Shown piece by piece: positions 43,796 through 56,700 of a stretch of 64,000 bases of DNA (position 1 is the stretch's first letter; every line of letters starts with the position of its first letter). The DNA is from Paraspadella gotoi (taxonomy: Eukaryota > Animalia > Chaetognatha): NCBI GenBank assembly GCA_051294375.1, contig CM119264.1:8192484-8256483 (forward strand). The letters run 5' to 3'. The notes beneath the pieces were generated by a model that saw only the letters and a list, made by a program, of their open reading frames with translations, had not been told where the DNA came from and searched no databases. The position numbers were made by a program, and so were the translations under genes.

Positions 43796-44397
43796 CTATC
43801 TAGGAAAAAAGTTAAAACATTTTTAATTGGGATATCTACTCGAAAACTTGCTCGATTTTTAAAAATCAGGATGTTTCAGATTCTACACACTAAATTTCCT
43901 TTCAGTTGCTTCCTTCCATTTTTTCGTAGATCCAACCGTATAGAAGTTGAGGCAAAATAAGATTGCTAACCTCAAAAAAAATGGCGGAAAAAATCGCCTT
44001 TAGTTTTCCACAATTCTTGGTATTGAGTTATTTGTTTCTATTTCAAATTGAAGTTTTTATTTTTTCATTTTTTTTAAATTTGGTTATGCCGAATAGACAG
44101 CCCCTCTCTTTGGTTCATTAAAGGTGCAATTGTAGCTCGAGAAAAAGAGAGAAAGACGGCAACAACTTCATCCAACATCGGGGCTGAAAAGAATTGCGCC
44201 TAAAGGTGTGGAAAAACATTTCACCTTCGTACCTCAATTCGCTTTACGAGAGCATGCCCAGACGAATGCAGGCAGTGGTCGATGCCGAGGGAAGGCATAC
44301 GCAAATATTGAGAATGTTTTACCCATGTTTTTGTATATTTTTTATTGAATAAATGAACTTTTTAAAAAAAAATGTTTCTAACTTTTTTCCTAGATAG
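43796..44397 (+). mobile_element. Non-autonomous Tc1/mariner deletion derivative (~600 bp)
   Basis: TA|CTATCTAGGAAAAAAGTTA(G)AAACATTTTT ... AAAAATGTTTCTAACTTTTTTCCTAGATAG|TA: a ~30-bp TIR with TA duplication. 44203-44311 encodes KVWKNISPSYLNSLYESMPRRMQAVVDAEGRH.(KY*), the typical Tc1 transposase C-terminus. Confidence 0.88.
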
Positions 44398-44459
44398 TAT
44401 GTTAGCAGTCTGCCAACCTCTTTCAAAAATCTCTCTCTCACTTTCTCTCTCTCTCTTCT

Positions 44460-44496
<37 letters not shown>

Positions 44497-46121
44497 TCCC
44501 CCATCTAACCCGCAGCCGTTGAAAGGCCATTCAAGGATTTGTTGAAGAACGCCCGTCGGAGGAAGAGAGGAGAAGGGAGGAAAGGGAAAGGGAGGAAGTG
44601 GAAGAACGAGAAGAACGAGAAGAGGGAACGAGGAGAGAAAGAATTAATTGGAGGGGAATTGAAAGGCGTGGAAACTCTGCGAGGGGGAAAAGAGTTCAAA
44701 GAGCGAATAGGGGAATGGGAGGGGGGCCGAGGGGGGGTGGCGTTCGTTAGCGAAGAGAAAGACCATTCGACGAGATTCGGCCGCCAATTAGTCTGTCGGA
44801 GATCGAACGAGGATGGGGGGGGGGAACTGAAAAATGGGTGAGGGGGGCAGGGAAGAAGGATAGAGTATTTTAATAAAAAAAAAAAGAAAGATGGCGAATG
44901 TGAAAAAAGAAGAAAAAAAAACGTGTGAGAGAAAAAAGGGAGAAGAAAAGTGAGAAGAAAAACCAGGGAAGAACGGATCCGGAGAAAGGAAAAGGGGGGT
45001 CTGTTGTTGGAGGAAGTAAATGGAGCGAGAGAACGACTTGGAAATAGAAAACAATGGCGGCTAAAAGGAGAAAAATGGAGAAAAGGAGGAAAATGGAGAA
45101 AAGAGATAAATGGAGAAAAGAGGAAAATGGAGAAAAAGAGAAAAAAAGGAGAAAAGAGGAAAATGGAGAAAAGGAGAAAAATAGAGTTGCTCCGCGAGTA
45201 CTCGCGGCGCAACTAAAAAGGAAAAAAATAGGAAATGAAGAGAAGACAAAAGGTTACGCTTTTCGGATCGGGAAAAACCTGAGATTGATAGATATGATCC
45301 ATTTTCGATCAAACGTCTGGGAGGAAAGAAGAGTTAGTGAATTAATCTAGCGAAAAGAAATTATTTCTCGTTTGAAGGTTTCTTCTGAAGAAAATTTTGA
45401 TTTGGTTTCCATATATTTCCAATTTTGTTCACGTTAAGTAACAATACGTGGTCGATAGATAAGTTACTTGCATCATCATTTTGATGAATAGTAAAGAAAA
45501 CTTATCACCGAACTGTGACAGCTGAAGATGATGATGATGATGATGATGATGAAGATGATAACCGCGGATTCGTCACTCGATTTGTCCAACAATATCGTTA
45601 GCGGTCGCTATTTTGAAGATTCTTGATTAATGAATTTTAAAACATCTCATAAAAACAACATTGTTAGCAACTTTAAAACTCTCGTCGAAAGAAACTCAAC
45701 TTGGATTGGTGAGACGAGAATGGGATCGGCTCAACTTTAAGACTACTAATCCAACGGAGTTTTAACTGCATCGTTCAAAATCAATTATTCCCAGTTAAAA
45801 ATTCTAAAGAAATAGTTTAATTAATTTTTTTCGAAAGAAAAATCCTTTTTTTTCTTCTGTATTTAAATAAAGCAAAGGATTTCTCGAGTCGCGACTGAGC
45901 TCGACGCTGCTGGCGGCAAAAGACGTAGATTTTAGCGGCGCCAACCCGAGTCGACTTCTTTAATCGACACCAGATGGCAGCGGCGAACAAAGAACGAAAC
46001 AAAAGACAATAAAAAGAAAAAAGAAAGGAAAAGGGTAAGAAAGGGAGAGAAAATGGAATGAGCGGGAGAAATGGGAAGGAAGGGGGAGAGACGGAGAAGA
46101 TAAGAAAAGAGAGAAGAGAGG

Positions 46122-46163
<42 letters not shown>

Positions 46164-46324
46164 AGAGAGAGAGAGAGAGTAGTGGTGATAAAACGGAAGG
46201 TCGCCAACCAAGAGCAAGGGGATCGAATGATTCGAACGCCATTCAGTGTTGTTCCTCATCGGTCTGCCCTTGTAAGGGGCGTATAGAGATGTTAGATGTA
46301 TGAGAAGGAGAGAGAGAGAGAGAG

Positions 46325-46377
<53 letters not shown>

Positions 46378-46829
46378 ATATTTAAAAATGATTTTATTTT
46401 GGAATCAATCGTTTTAGCCGGAGGGTTGAAAAATGTAATGGATAACAAACAGAGTAACAAAGTCAAAGTTCGAAATTAGGCCACTTGTATTATGTAATAT
46501 GTAATAATGTGTAATATGTACTTAAGGTTGAACCTTTCTTTTTTAAATACCATATCCTGGTATACATTAATGGAACAGTTGAATAAGAGAATAGGGAGTA
46601 ATTACTATCAAGAAAAAGAGAACATTTACTGAATGACAAAACGAACGACAGCGAAAAACTGGCCGAGTCTAAAATTTCAAGTTCCCGACGAAGCAAAACA
46701 AATCCAGACAGAAAAAAAGGTTTTTGTCTCTCAAACCCGACGCCTCATTTAGTCCTTCGCTCATCAGAATTCATTTCTTCTTTTGTTTCCACCATTTTTT
46801 CTTCNNNNNNNNNNNNNNNNNNNNNNNNN

Positions 46830-48093
46830 GGAGACGACGACGACGCGGACGACGACCGAAAGAACTATGGCGTCACGAAAGAGGGAACCGAAGAAGAAAA
46901 AGCCAGCCAAACGACGGTTTAACCTTGCCAAGAATTACGAGTGGATAAAGGAGGAGGAGGAGGAGGAGAGGAGGAGGGAGGGAGGGGGGGGCAGACGCAG
47001 AACCAAACGACATGCTTTACATGCCTTACTCTCTTCATGACTCCTGACGGGAATTGTGATGTTGGGGAGCGTTTTCACGCGAGTCAGAGAAATAACAACA
47101 ACAAAAACCAACAAGGAAAATCACGCCATTACGACTACAATCACAGCAAATAACCATATCAATAAAAGCGCCCAACGAACGTAAGACCAGAGTTAACCCA
47201 GACCTGCAAGCAACCACGACGACAAACAAAAACAATAACGACCAACAACGGGTCAGGGCTCGTGGACTTCGAAAATCTGGAAACATCCGCGAGAAACGCG
47301 AAAGATAAAGACGAAAAACGAAAACGAGGCCGACGCTAGCGACGCCGTCGATGGAATCTCGTTAGCCCAGACAAAACGACTTCCACCTACTTCATTCGCA
47401 ACAACCGCCCAAACACTTCGGTCCGCCAAATCCATCCGTTTGCTTTTCTCTTCCGCCTCTCCTTTCTTCCTCCTCCACCCTAACCCGGGCCTCTTCCTGC
47501 ACCCCATCTTCGACGGACCCCTTTTCTTCACCCAACTTCGTCACGCCCCTTCTTACCCCACCCCCGCAACACACCCATCCACCCGCGCGTCTCACTTCCG
47601 ATTTTCCGTTTCACGGCGATCACAAATTCGAAATCGAAACGACTTTCCTTTCGTCACCGACAGAAGAAGCGAGGCGGCGAACTCCGGCGAGAGGGCGGCT
47701 GCCGATCAACGGCAGCGGAATCAACGGCTGCCGGTATTCAACGGCAGCCGGATTCACCGGTTTCGGCGATCAAAGGCCCAATCAAAATTAAGGCCGCAAT
47801 TCGAGCCGCAGCATTTATCAATCAAACCATCAATCCCTGATCGACAATGTTCCAAAAAGACCTTCCGAAAATATATTTCACTCAGAGATATTACCAGAAA
47901 AAGTCATTAAATCGAAGTCATTCAACTCTCGTGATCGAACCTCCGCAAATGCGGCCGATCGATATCAGCGGCAGCACGAGAAAAACCGATCGACGCAGCC
48001 GCAGGGCGACTTCGCCAAAATCTGCGGCAGGCGAACTCGCCTTTCCTTTTGCGGCAGTCGTTTCCAGACGAAGCTCAGTTGGCGGCCACAGGA
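46830..48093 (+). pseudogene. Second, partial (3' half) frameshifted inverted copy of the large exon (probably artefactual)
   Basis: Starts at a 25-N gap, matches the reverse complement of ~55235-54014, and ends at the same gtaagtgaaagg donor context. Confidence 0.8.
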
Positions 48094-48339
48094 GTAAGTG
48101 AAAGGAGCGAGCGACTGGGGAGACTTTTAAAACGACGACGACGACGACGACGATCACAACGACGACTCACGAGCGGCGAGGAAAGAAAAAAAATGAAGGG
48201 AAACGATAAACACAGCCCAAAAATATATAGGCAGAAAAAAGGTTTGGAACGAAGGGTGGGGTAGAAAAATGAACAAGAAAATTAAATATTAAGAGAAGGG
48301 AAAAAAATAAAATGAAAGAAAATGAATTGCTGTGTCTTA

Positions 48340-48507
48340 AATTTTGAATAGTTCTAGTCTTTTTTTTATAACTTTTTATGTGATTGTATTTTTAAAATTT
48401 ATAACATTATACAACATACAAAAAGAATTCAGTCAAAAACAAATGGAAAAACGTGAAACTGACAGGAGTGAAGACAGGAGACAGAAGTGAGACACACACA
48501 GAGAGAG

Positions 48508-48567
<60 letters not shown>

Positions 48568-48765
48568 AGGAAGAGGAGACAGAGAGAGAGAAGAGAGAGA
48601 GAAGGAGAGAGAGAGAGAGATGGAAGAGAGAGAGAGAGAGAGAGGATCACTCTCTGTCAGTTTCACGTTTTCCATTTGTTTTTGACTGACTTCTTTGTAG
48701 GAAAAAGTTATAAATTTTAAAAATACACCCATAAAAAGTTATAAAAAAAGACTAGAAACTATTCA
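48340..48765. repeat. Short fold-back (48340-48465 versus 48650-48765) around a GA-rich spacer
   Basis: cagtcaaaaacaaatggaaaaacgtgaaactgacag versus ctgtcagtttcacgttttccatttgtttttgactg. Confidence 0.85.
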
Positions 48766-48774
48766 AAAAAAAGA

Positions 48775-51700
48775 CGAGGAGATAATAGGAAGAATAAATG
48801 AACGAAAAAAACAACTGATAAAACCTGAAACATGACAAAGAAAGCATCCGTATCTAAACAAAAAAAACACCGCAACGACACTGAACCATCCTATTTTTTC
48901 AAAATACGTCATTCGAACTGAAGCTGAAAACAAACCAGGCGAAAAAAGCAACTATAGAGAACTACTCCGTAAAGCAGGCTCCGAAAAATCCCGTTCCACC
49001 CCAAGTACACACGACACCAGTACAGAAAGGCAAGTTCACCCTCCCTCCACCACAAAACAACATCAGAAAAAAGAAGAAAAGTCAATTAACGCCGAAAGCA
49101 GGGTAAAGAAAAAAAAAACGTCAACCGAGAAAACTCGACAGAACAAGCCAAAAGCGCAGTCAACAAACAAAACCCGGTCGAGAAAGTACACGCAGAGTCA
49201 CGATCAGAACAAAAAAAGAAAAGTAAAGAAACCAGAAAGGACGCAGACTCAACTATAACACCACACCAAGAAAAGTAAAGACAACAGCACATGGACAGAA
49301 GCCAGCCTCACATAAGAACAAAAAATAAAAGTAAAGAAAAGAAAGGAAGACAGCTCACCACCTATCAAAAAAAAAAAGAAACAGTATACGAAAAGACAAC
49401 GGAAAAAGCCAAGTAACGATAACAAAACGAAAGTAAAGACAAGCAAAGAAAAGAGAGTCACCTATAAAAAAAAAAACAACAAAATAAACGAAAAGAATGC
49501 GAAAGCGTCAACTAGTAAAAAAAGAAAAATAACACGAAAAGAAAGGAAAAGAAGTCAACCGATAAAAAAAAAGAAAATCTAAAGAAAAGAAACGAAAGCA
49601 AGTTAATCAATAAAAAGCAAAAGTAAAGAAAAGAAAGGAAAACGAAGTCAACGATAAAAAACAGAAAGTAAAGAAAAGCAAAGACCAGAGAAGCGAAGAG
49701 CGAAGGACGACGAATCGCGAAAAACTAAAGTGAGTTTGGGACAAGAATCGACTTTGAAAGTAAAAATTCGTGGTCGGCCGAAGCTTTGGACGACATAACG
49801 CCACCGCCCACACCGACCGCGTTTGGCCGGATACCCAGATCCACGGATCCGACATCCCTGGATACGGAAACGATGACAGCAGAGGTTGGCCCTGGATATT
49901 GGAGGAAAGAACGGAAAGAGAAGAGAAATGATAAGATTTACGTTTAGGCATAGAGGATATGAATTGAAAAGTTGGAGATTCGACTTCGATCGAGTTGAAA
50001 AAAAACTATTTCGGGTTTTTAAACATATCTATAAAACTACTATAAATTCCTACTATTAAAAACTACTTATAAACTACTTTGCTCTTTTTGCTTTTTGCCT
50101 CTTTCTTTCTTTCTTCTCTTTCTTTCTTTCTTCTCTTCTTCTTTCTTTTCTTTGCTTTTCTTTCTTTCATTTCCCTTTTCTTTCTTTCTTTTTCTTTTTC
50201 CTCTTTTTCTTTCTCCTTTCTTGTCTTTCTTCAGCCTATCATTTGGACTGTCTATATCTCTCTGTCCGTCTATCTGTAACTATCTAGCGAAACAAAGTTA
50301 GGAAACCATTTTTTAATTGAGAGGGATTATCTACTCGACAGAACTTGCTCGATTTTTTAAAAATTTCAGGCATGTTTTCAGATTCTAAGCCTTAATAACA
50401 CGGTAAATTCTCCTTTCAGTTGCTTCCCTTCGGCATTCTTTTCGTAAGATCAACGAAACGAGTTAGCAAGAGGACTAATACAGATTCGCTAACCTCAAGT
50501 AAAAAAAATGGCGGGAAAAAAAATCGCGCTTTTACGTTTTCCACAATTCTCTGTATTCGAGCCTTAATTTATTGGTTTCTATTCTAATTTCAAATTGAAG
50601 TTTTAGTTTATTTTTTTCATTTTTTTAAAATTTGCGTTATGCAGATAGACAGCCTCCTCTCTTTGGTTCATAAAGGTGCAATTGTAGCTCCTAGAAAAGA
50701 GAGAAAGACGCAATTAGATTATCGTAAGCAATAGCTCTAGAAAAAGAGACGTAATTACCAACAATCGTGGAGGGCTGAAAGAAAAGAATTGCGCTATAAG
50801 GTGTGGAAAAACATTTCACTTCGTACCTCAATTCGCTTTACAGAGAGCATGCCGCTACGACGAATGCAAGGCAGTGGTCGAATGCCGAAGGGAAGGCCAT
50901 ACCAAATTTATTGAGGAATGTTTTACCCATGTTTTGTATATTTTTTAACTTGAATAAATGAACTTTTAAAAATAAAAATGTTTGCTCACTTTTTTTCCTA
51001 GATAGTAAATGTTAGCAGTCCTGCCAACTCTCTTTCAAAAATCTCTCTCTCACTTTCTCTCTCTCTCTCGTCTCTCCTGCTTCCTCTCTCGTACCTACTC
51101 TCTCCCGTCCACTCTCTATAAATCACCTCTGCACAACTGTCATACATAACCCAGCACAGCCATGTGAAAAGCCATTACAAGGATTTGTTGAGAGAACGTC
51201 CCGTCGGATGGAAGAAGGGGAGGAGAAGGGAGGAAAGGGAAAGGGAGGAAGTGGAAGACACTGAACGAGAAGAACGGAGAAGAGGGAACGAGGAGAAAAG
51301 ATTAATCTGAGAGGGGGAATTGAAAAGGCGCTGTGGAAACCTCGCGAGGGGAAAGAGACTTCACAAGAGCGAATAGGGAATGGGAAGGGGGGCGGCGAGG
51401 GGGGGTGGCGCTTCGTTAGCGAAGAAGACCATTCGAGAGACTCGGCCGCAATTCAGTTGCTGTCGGAGATCGAACGAGGATGGGGGGGCGAACTGGAAAA
51501 ATGGTGAGGGGGGCAGGGAAGAAGGATTAGAGTTTTGTATAAAAAAAAGAAAGATGGCGAATGTGAAAAAGAAGAAAAAAAAACGTGTGAGAGAAAAAAG
51601 GTGAGAAGAAAAGTGAAGAGAAAAACCAGGGAAGACGGATCCGGAGAAAGGAAAAGGGGGTCTGTTGTTGGAGGAAGTAAATGGAGCGAGAGAAGATCTT

Positions 51701-52797
51701 GGAAATAGAAAAACAATGGCGGCTAAAAGGAGAAAAATGGAGAAAAGGAGAAAATGGAGAAAAGAGATAATGGAGAAAAGAGGAATGGAGAAAAAGGAAA
51801 AAAAGGAGAAAAAGCAGGAAAATGGAGAAAAGGAGAAAAATAGAGTTGCTCCGCGAGTCATCTCGCGGCGCAACCTAAAAAGGAAAAAAATAGGAAATGA
51901 AGAGAAGACAAAAGGTTACGCTTTTCGGATCGCGGAAAAACCTGAGATTGATAGATATGATCCATTTTCCGATTCAACGTCTGGGAGGAAAGAAGAGTTA
52001 GTGAATTAATCTAGCGAAAAGAATTATTTCTCGTTTGAAGGTTTCTTCTGAAGAAAATTTTGATTTGGTTTCCAATATATTTCCAAATTTTGTTCACGTT
52101 AAGTAACAATACGTGGTCGATAGATAAGTACTTGCATCATCATTTTGATGAATAGTTAAAGAAAAACTTATCACCTGAACTGTGACAGCTGAAGATCATG
52201 ATGATTGAATGATGATGATGAAGATGATAACCGCGGATTCGTCACTCCGATTTGTCCAACAATATCGTTAGCGGTCGCTATTTTGAAGATTCTTGATTAA
52301 TGAATTTTAAAACATCTCATAAAAAACAACATTGTTTAGCAACTTTAAAACTCTCGTCGAAAGAAACTCAACTTGGATTGGTGAGACGAGAATGGGATCG
52401 GCTCAACTTTAAGACTACTAATCCAACGGAGTTTTAACTGCATCCGTTCAAAATCAATTATTCCGAGTTTAAAAAATTCTAAAAGAAATAGTTTAATTAT
52501 TTTTTTCGAAAGAAAAATCCTTTTTTTTCTTCTGTTATTTTTAAATAAAGGCAAAGGATTTCTCGAGTCGCGACTGAGCTCGACGCTGCTGGCGGCAAAA
52601 GACCGTAGATTTTAGCGGCGCCAACCCGAGTCGACTTCTTTAATCGACACCAGATGGGCAGCGGCGAACAAAGAACGAAACAAAAGACAATAAAAAAGAA
52701 AAAGAAAGGAAAAGGGTAAGAAAGGGAGAGAAAATGGAATGAGGCGGGAGAAATGGGAAGGAAGGGGGAGAGACGAAGAGATAAGAAAAGAGGAAGA

Positions 52798-52860
<63 letters not shown>

Positions 52861-52948
52861 GGTGATAAACGCGAAGGTCCCAACCAAGACAAGGGGATGA
52901 TGATTCGACGCCATTAGTGTTGTCCTTGGTCGCCTTGTAAGGGGCGAT

Positions 52949-52983
<35 letters not shown>

Positions 52984-52989
52984 TAGAGA

Positions 52990-53022
<33 letters not shown>

Positions 53023-53450
53023 GAGAGGAATATTTAAAAATGATTTTATTTAGGAATCAATCGTTTTAGCCGGAGGGTTGGAAAAATGTAATGGATAACA
53101 AACAGGAGTAACAAAGTCAAAGTTCGAAATTAGGCCACTTGTATTATGTAATATGTAATAATGTGAATATGTACTTAAGGTTGAACCTTTCTTTTTTAAA
53201 TCCATATCCTGGTATACATTAATGGAACAGTTGAATAAGAGAAAGGGAGTAATTACTATCAAGAAAAAGAGACATTTACTGAATGACAAAACGAACGACA
53301 GCGAAAAACTGGCCGAGTCTAAAATTTCAAGTTCCCGCGAAGCAAAACAAATCCAGACAGAAAAAAAGGTTTTTGTTCTCAAACCGACGTCATTTAGTCC
53401 TTCGCTCATCAGAATTCATTTCTTCTTTTGTTTCCAACCATTTTTTTCTT
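48775..53450 (+). repeat. Direct re-copy of 32895-33384 followed by 43020-46804
   Basis: 48780-49350 is a C-insertion-rich version of 32895-33384; 49690-53450 is colinear with 43225-46804. Confidence 0.92.
50280..51005 (+). mobile_element. Third, insertion-rich copy of the same Tc1 element, inside the direct duplication
   Basis: Degenerate TIRs (ctatctagcgaaacaaagttagg / ttttttcctagatagta), same flanks, and the gagagcatgcc...cgaatgca transposase remnant. Confidence 0.75.
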
Positions 53451-54013
53451 CTCCTCTCTCTCTCTCTCTCTCTCTCTCATCTCTTCTCTCGTCTCTTCTC
53501 TCTCTCTCTCTCTCTCTGTCTCCTCTCTCTCTTCCTCTCTCTCTCTCTCTCTCTCTGGTCTCTCTCTCTCTCTCTCTTCTCTCTCTCTGTGTGTGTCTCA
53601 CTTCTGTCTCCTGTCTTCACTCCTGTCAGTTTCACGTTTTTCCATTTGTTTTTGACTGAATTCTTTTTGTATGTTGTATAATGTTATAAATTTTAAAAAT
53701 ACAATCACATAAAAAGTTATAAAAAAAAGACTAGAACTATTCAAAATTTAAGACACAGCAATTCATTTTCTTTCATTTTATTTTTTTCCCTTCTCTTAAT
53801 ATTTAATTTTCTTTTCATTTTTCTACCCCACCCTTCGTTCCAAACCTTTTTTCTGCCTATATATTTTTGGCCGTGTTTATCGTTTCCCTTANNNNNNNNN
53901 NNNNNNNNNNNNNNNNTTTTTTTCTTTCCCGCCGCTCGTGAGTCGTCGTTGTGATCGTCGTCGTCGTCGTCGTCGTTTTAAAAGTCTCCCAGTCGCTCGC
54001 TCCTTTCACTTAC

Positions 54014-56602
54014 CTCCTGTGCCGCCAACTGAGCTTCGTCTGGAAACGACTGCCGCAAAAGGAAAGGCGAGTCGCCTGCCGCAGATTTGGCGAACGTCCC
54101 TGCGGCTGCGTCGATCGGTTTTTCTCCTGCTGCCGCTGATTCGATCGGCCATTTGCGGAGGTTCGATGCACGAGCGTTGAATGACTTCGATTTAATGACT
54201 TTTCTGGTAAATAATCTCTGAGTGAAATATATTTTCGGAAAGGTCTTTTGGAACATTGTCGCATCAGGGATTGATGGTTTGATTGATAAATGCTGCGGCT
54301 CGAATTGCGGCTTGAATTTTGATTGGGCCTTTGATCCGACAACCGGTGATCCGGCTGCCGTTGATCCGGCAGCCGTTGATCCGGCTGCCGTTGATCCGGC
54401 AGCCGCCCTCCCGCCGGAGTTCGCCGCTCGCTTCTCTGTCGGTGACGAAAGGAAAGTCGTTCGATTTCGAATTTGTGATCGCGTGAAACGAAATCGGAAG
54501 TGAAAGACGCGCGGGTGGATGGGGTGTGTCGGGGGTGGGGTAAAGAAGGGGCGTGACGAAGTTGGGATGAAGAAGGGGTCCGTCGAAGATGGGGTGAGGA
54601 AGAGGCCCGGGTTAGGGTGGAGGAGGAGAAGGGAGAGGCGGAAGAAAAAGCAACGGATGGATTTGCGGACGAAGTGTTGGGCGGTTGTGCGGATGAAGAG
54701 GTGGAGTGGTTGTCGGGCTTCGAGATTCCATCGACGGCGTCGCTAGCGTCGGCCTCGTTTTCGTTTTCGTCTTTATCTTTCGCGTTTCTCGCGGATGTTT
54801 CAGATTTCGAAGTCACGACCCCTGACCCGTTGTTGTCGTTATTGTTTTGTTTGTCGTCCTTGTTCTTGCAGGTCTGGGTTAACTCTGTCTTACGTTCGTT
54901 GGGGCAGCTTTTATTGATATGGTTATTGCTGTGATTGTAGTCGTAAATGGCGTTGATTTTCTTGTTTTGGTTTTTGTTGTTGTTATTTCTGACTCGCGTG
55001 AAAACGCCCAAACACAATTCCCCGTCAGGAGTCCATTGAAGAGAGTAAGGCATGTAAAGCATGTCGTTGTCGTTCTCTCTCCCCCCGCCTCCTCCTCCTC
55101 CTCCTCCTCCTCCTCCTCCTCCTTTATCCCTCGTATTCCTTGGCAGGTAAACGTCGTTTGGCTGCTTTTCTTCTTCGGTTTCCCTCTTTCGTGACGCCAT
55201 AGTTCTTTCGGTCGTCGTCGTCGTCGTCGTCGTCCTCCCCGTTTCGCCGGCCGGAAATGGAGTCGGTCTCCACCGACGCCGCCTCCCGGGCGTCCATTCC
55301 ATTTCCGGCGTCACGCCCCCGGCGCGACGCGGCGCCGCCCGATCCAACTTGGTCGCCACGCCCACCTTCTTTTTCGACGTTTCCAAGTCGGCGGCGGCGG
55401 CGGCGACAGCGGCGTCGTCTCGATTTCGGGTCGCGCCCTCGGGCGTCTCTGCGCGCTCTTCCGTCGACCCGGCGCCCTTTCGTGACCCGGCGTTCCTTTT
55501 CGGTTCGACGCGATCTTGCGACGAAGCGACGCCGCCTTCTCCGCCTCGTATTTTTTCGGCGCCGCGAATGAGCGCCGTCGCAGTGGAAATGGGCGGCGCC
55601 GTGGGAGGCGCTCCGCCGAAAAAGTGTGACGCGGCTGGATTTTGAAACGGCGTCGTCGCGATGGACGAGACGGGATAATCGCCATCGTAGGCCAAGAGAG
55701 GAAACGCCGATGGAAACGTCAGCGCAAAAGGAGTGAGAGCGTTGGCATCCACCAACGGCGGGGCGGCGTCAAAGGGCGCGCACGCTGTCATCGGCGCCAC
55801 CGTCGCCAGCGGCTTTAACTGCGTCAACGACGACGACAACGAAGACGAAATGGCATCCTTTTTGTCTCCTCTCACAGGCGTCGTCGTCGTCGTTGTCGTC
55901 GTCGTCGTCGTCGTCAACGCAACGTGCGTTTCCCCACCCGTCCAAGCCGCTCCGGTAGCCATGGAAACAAAGGACGCCGAAGCAGCCGCCGACGCCGCCG
56001 ACGCGGTCGTTGCCAAGAAACCGTCGGGAGAAATATGGGCGTGGCCGAACGACGCAGAGGGGAAAGCGGAAGCGACGGGCGCGAGAGGAAAGCGGGGGGG
56101 AGGGAGGAAGAGGTGAGGAGAGTTAGGGTGGGGGAGGGGAAGTGGGAGAGGGTGGCTGGGTGGAGGGGGTCTCAATGGGTAAGGAAGAGGTTGAGCCGGC
56201 TGAGGAAGAAGTTGAGAGGAGAAACTCAGATTAGGAATGGGAAGTTGAGGGAGTAAAGTCGAGTTGAGTTGAGCGTCCGGGAAACTGGAATGAGCGAAAT
56301 AGTTTAGTTGAGAACCGGGAAGTTGAGACGGAGGAAGATGAGGAGAACAAGGGGTTTGAGGGGGTGGAAGATGAGGAGAACAAAGGAGTTGAGGTCCGCG
56401 GGAACCGGCGATCGACGACGCGCGCGGTGCGTGAAACGTCGGGGGAGACGGCGTCAAAAAAACAGGAGGAAAAGAATCCGTGGCTAAGGAAGGGGGCGTC
56501 ACTGTGGCGGGCGACGACGACGACGACGACGACAGGGAAAAATCGATTTGTTGTCCGTAAAAGTTGGAGGAAACGGAGACGGCGGCGGCGGAGGCGGAAG
56601 GA

Positions 56603-56634
<32 letters not shown>

Positions 56635-56700
56635 CGAGGAGGCGGCGGCGGAGATCATAGCTTTCGTCGTTTCTCGGGTCGTTTCGTCGGTTGTTTCCAT
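54014..56700 (-). CDS. Large coding exon (~895 aa) of an unidentified Pro/Ser/Ala/Thr-rich, probably disordered protein
   Basis: Uninterrupted 2.7-kb GC-rich ORF; first ATG at 56700 (METTDETT). Trinucleotide runs stay in frame. The apparent stop lies inside a consensus donor (CAGGAG|GTAAGT, 54013-54008), so the gene probably continues. No domain recognised. Confidence 0.75.

Larger units (their letters stand above)
33410..46804. repeat. Large inverted duplication centred at ~43010: 38865-43005 mirrors 43020-46804, and all of 33410-43005 mirrors ~58275-49470
   Basis: Anchors: 42532-42665 versus 43251-43385; 39790-39850 versus 45930-45990; 33490-33645 versus 58125-58250. Both outer ends are 25-N gaps. 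Confidence 0.93.

Noticed and set aside
35136-48093. A three-member gene family or recent pseudogenes of the 900-aa ORF
   Set aside because: Divergence is insertion-dominated, includes the flanks, and ends at placeholder gaps; this fits raw-read error better than evolution.
41459-51005. Three independent Tc1 insertions suggesting an active burst
   Set aside because: All three share the same flanking sequence, so they are one insertion re-copied.
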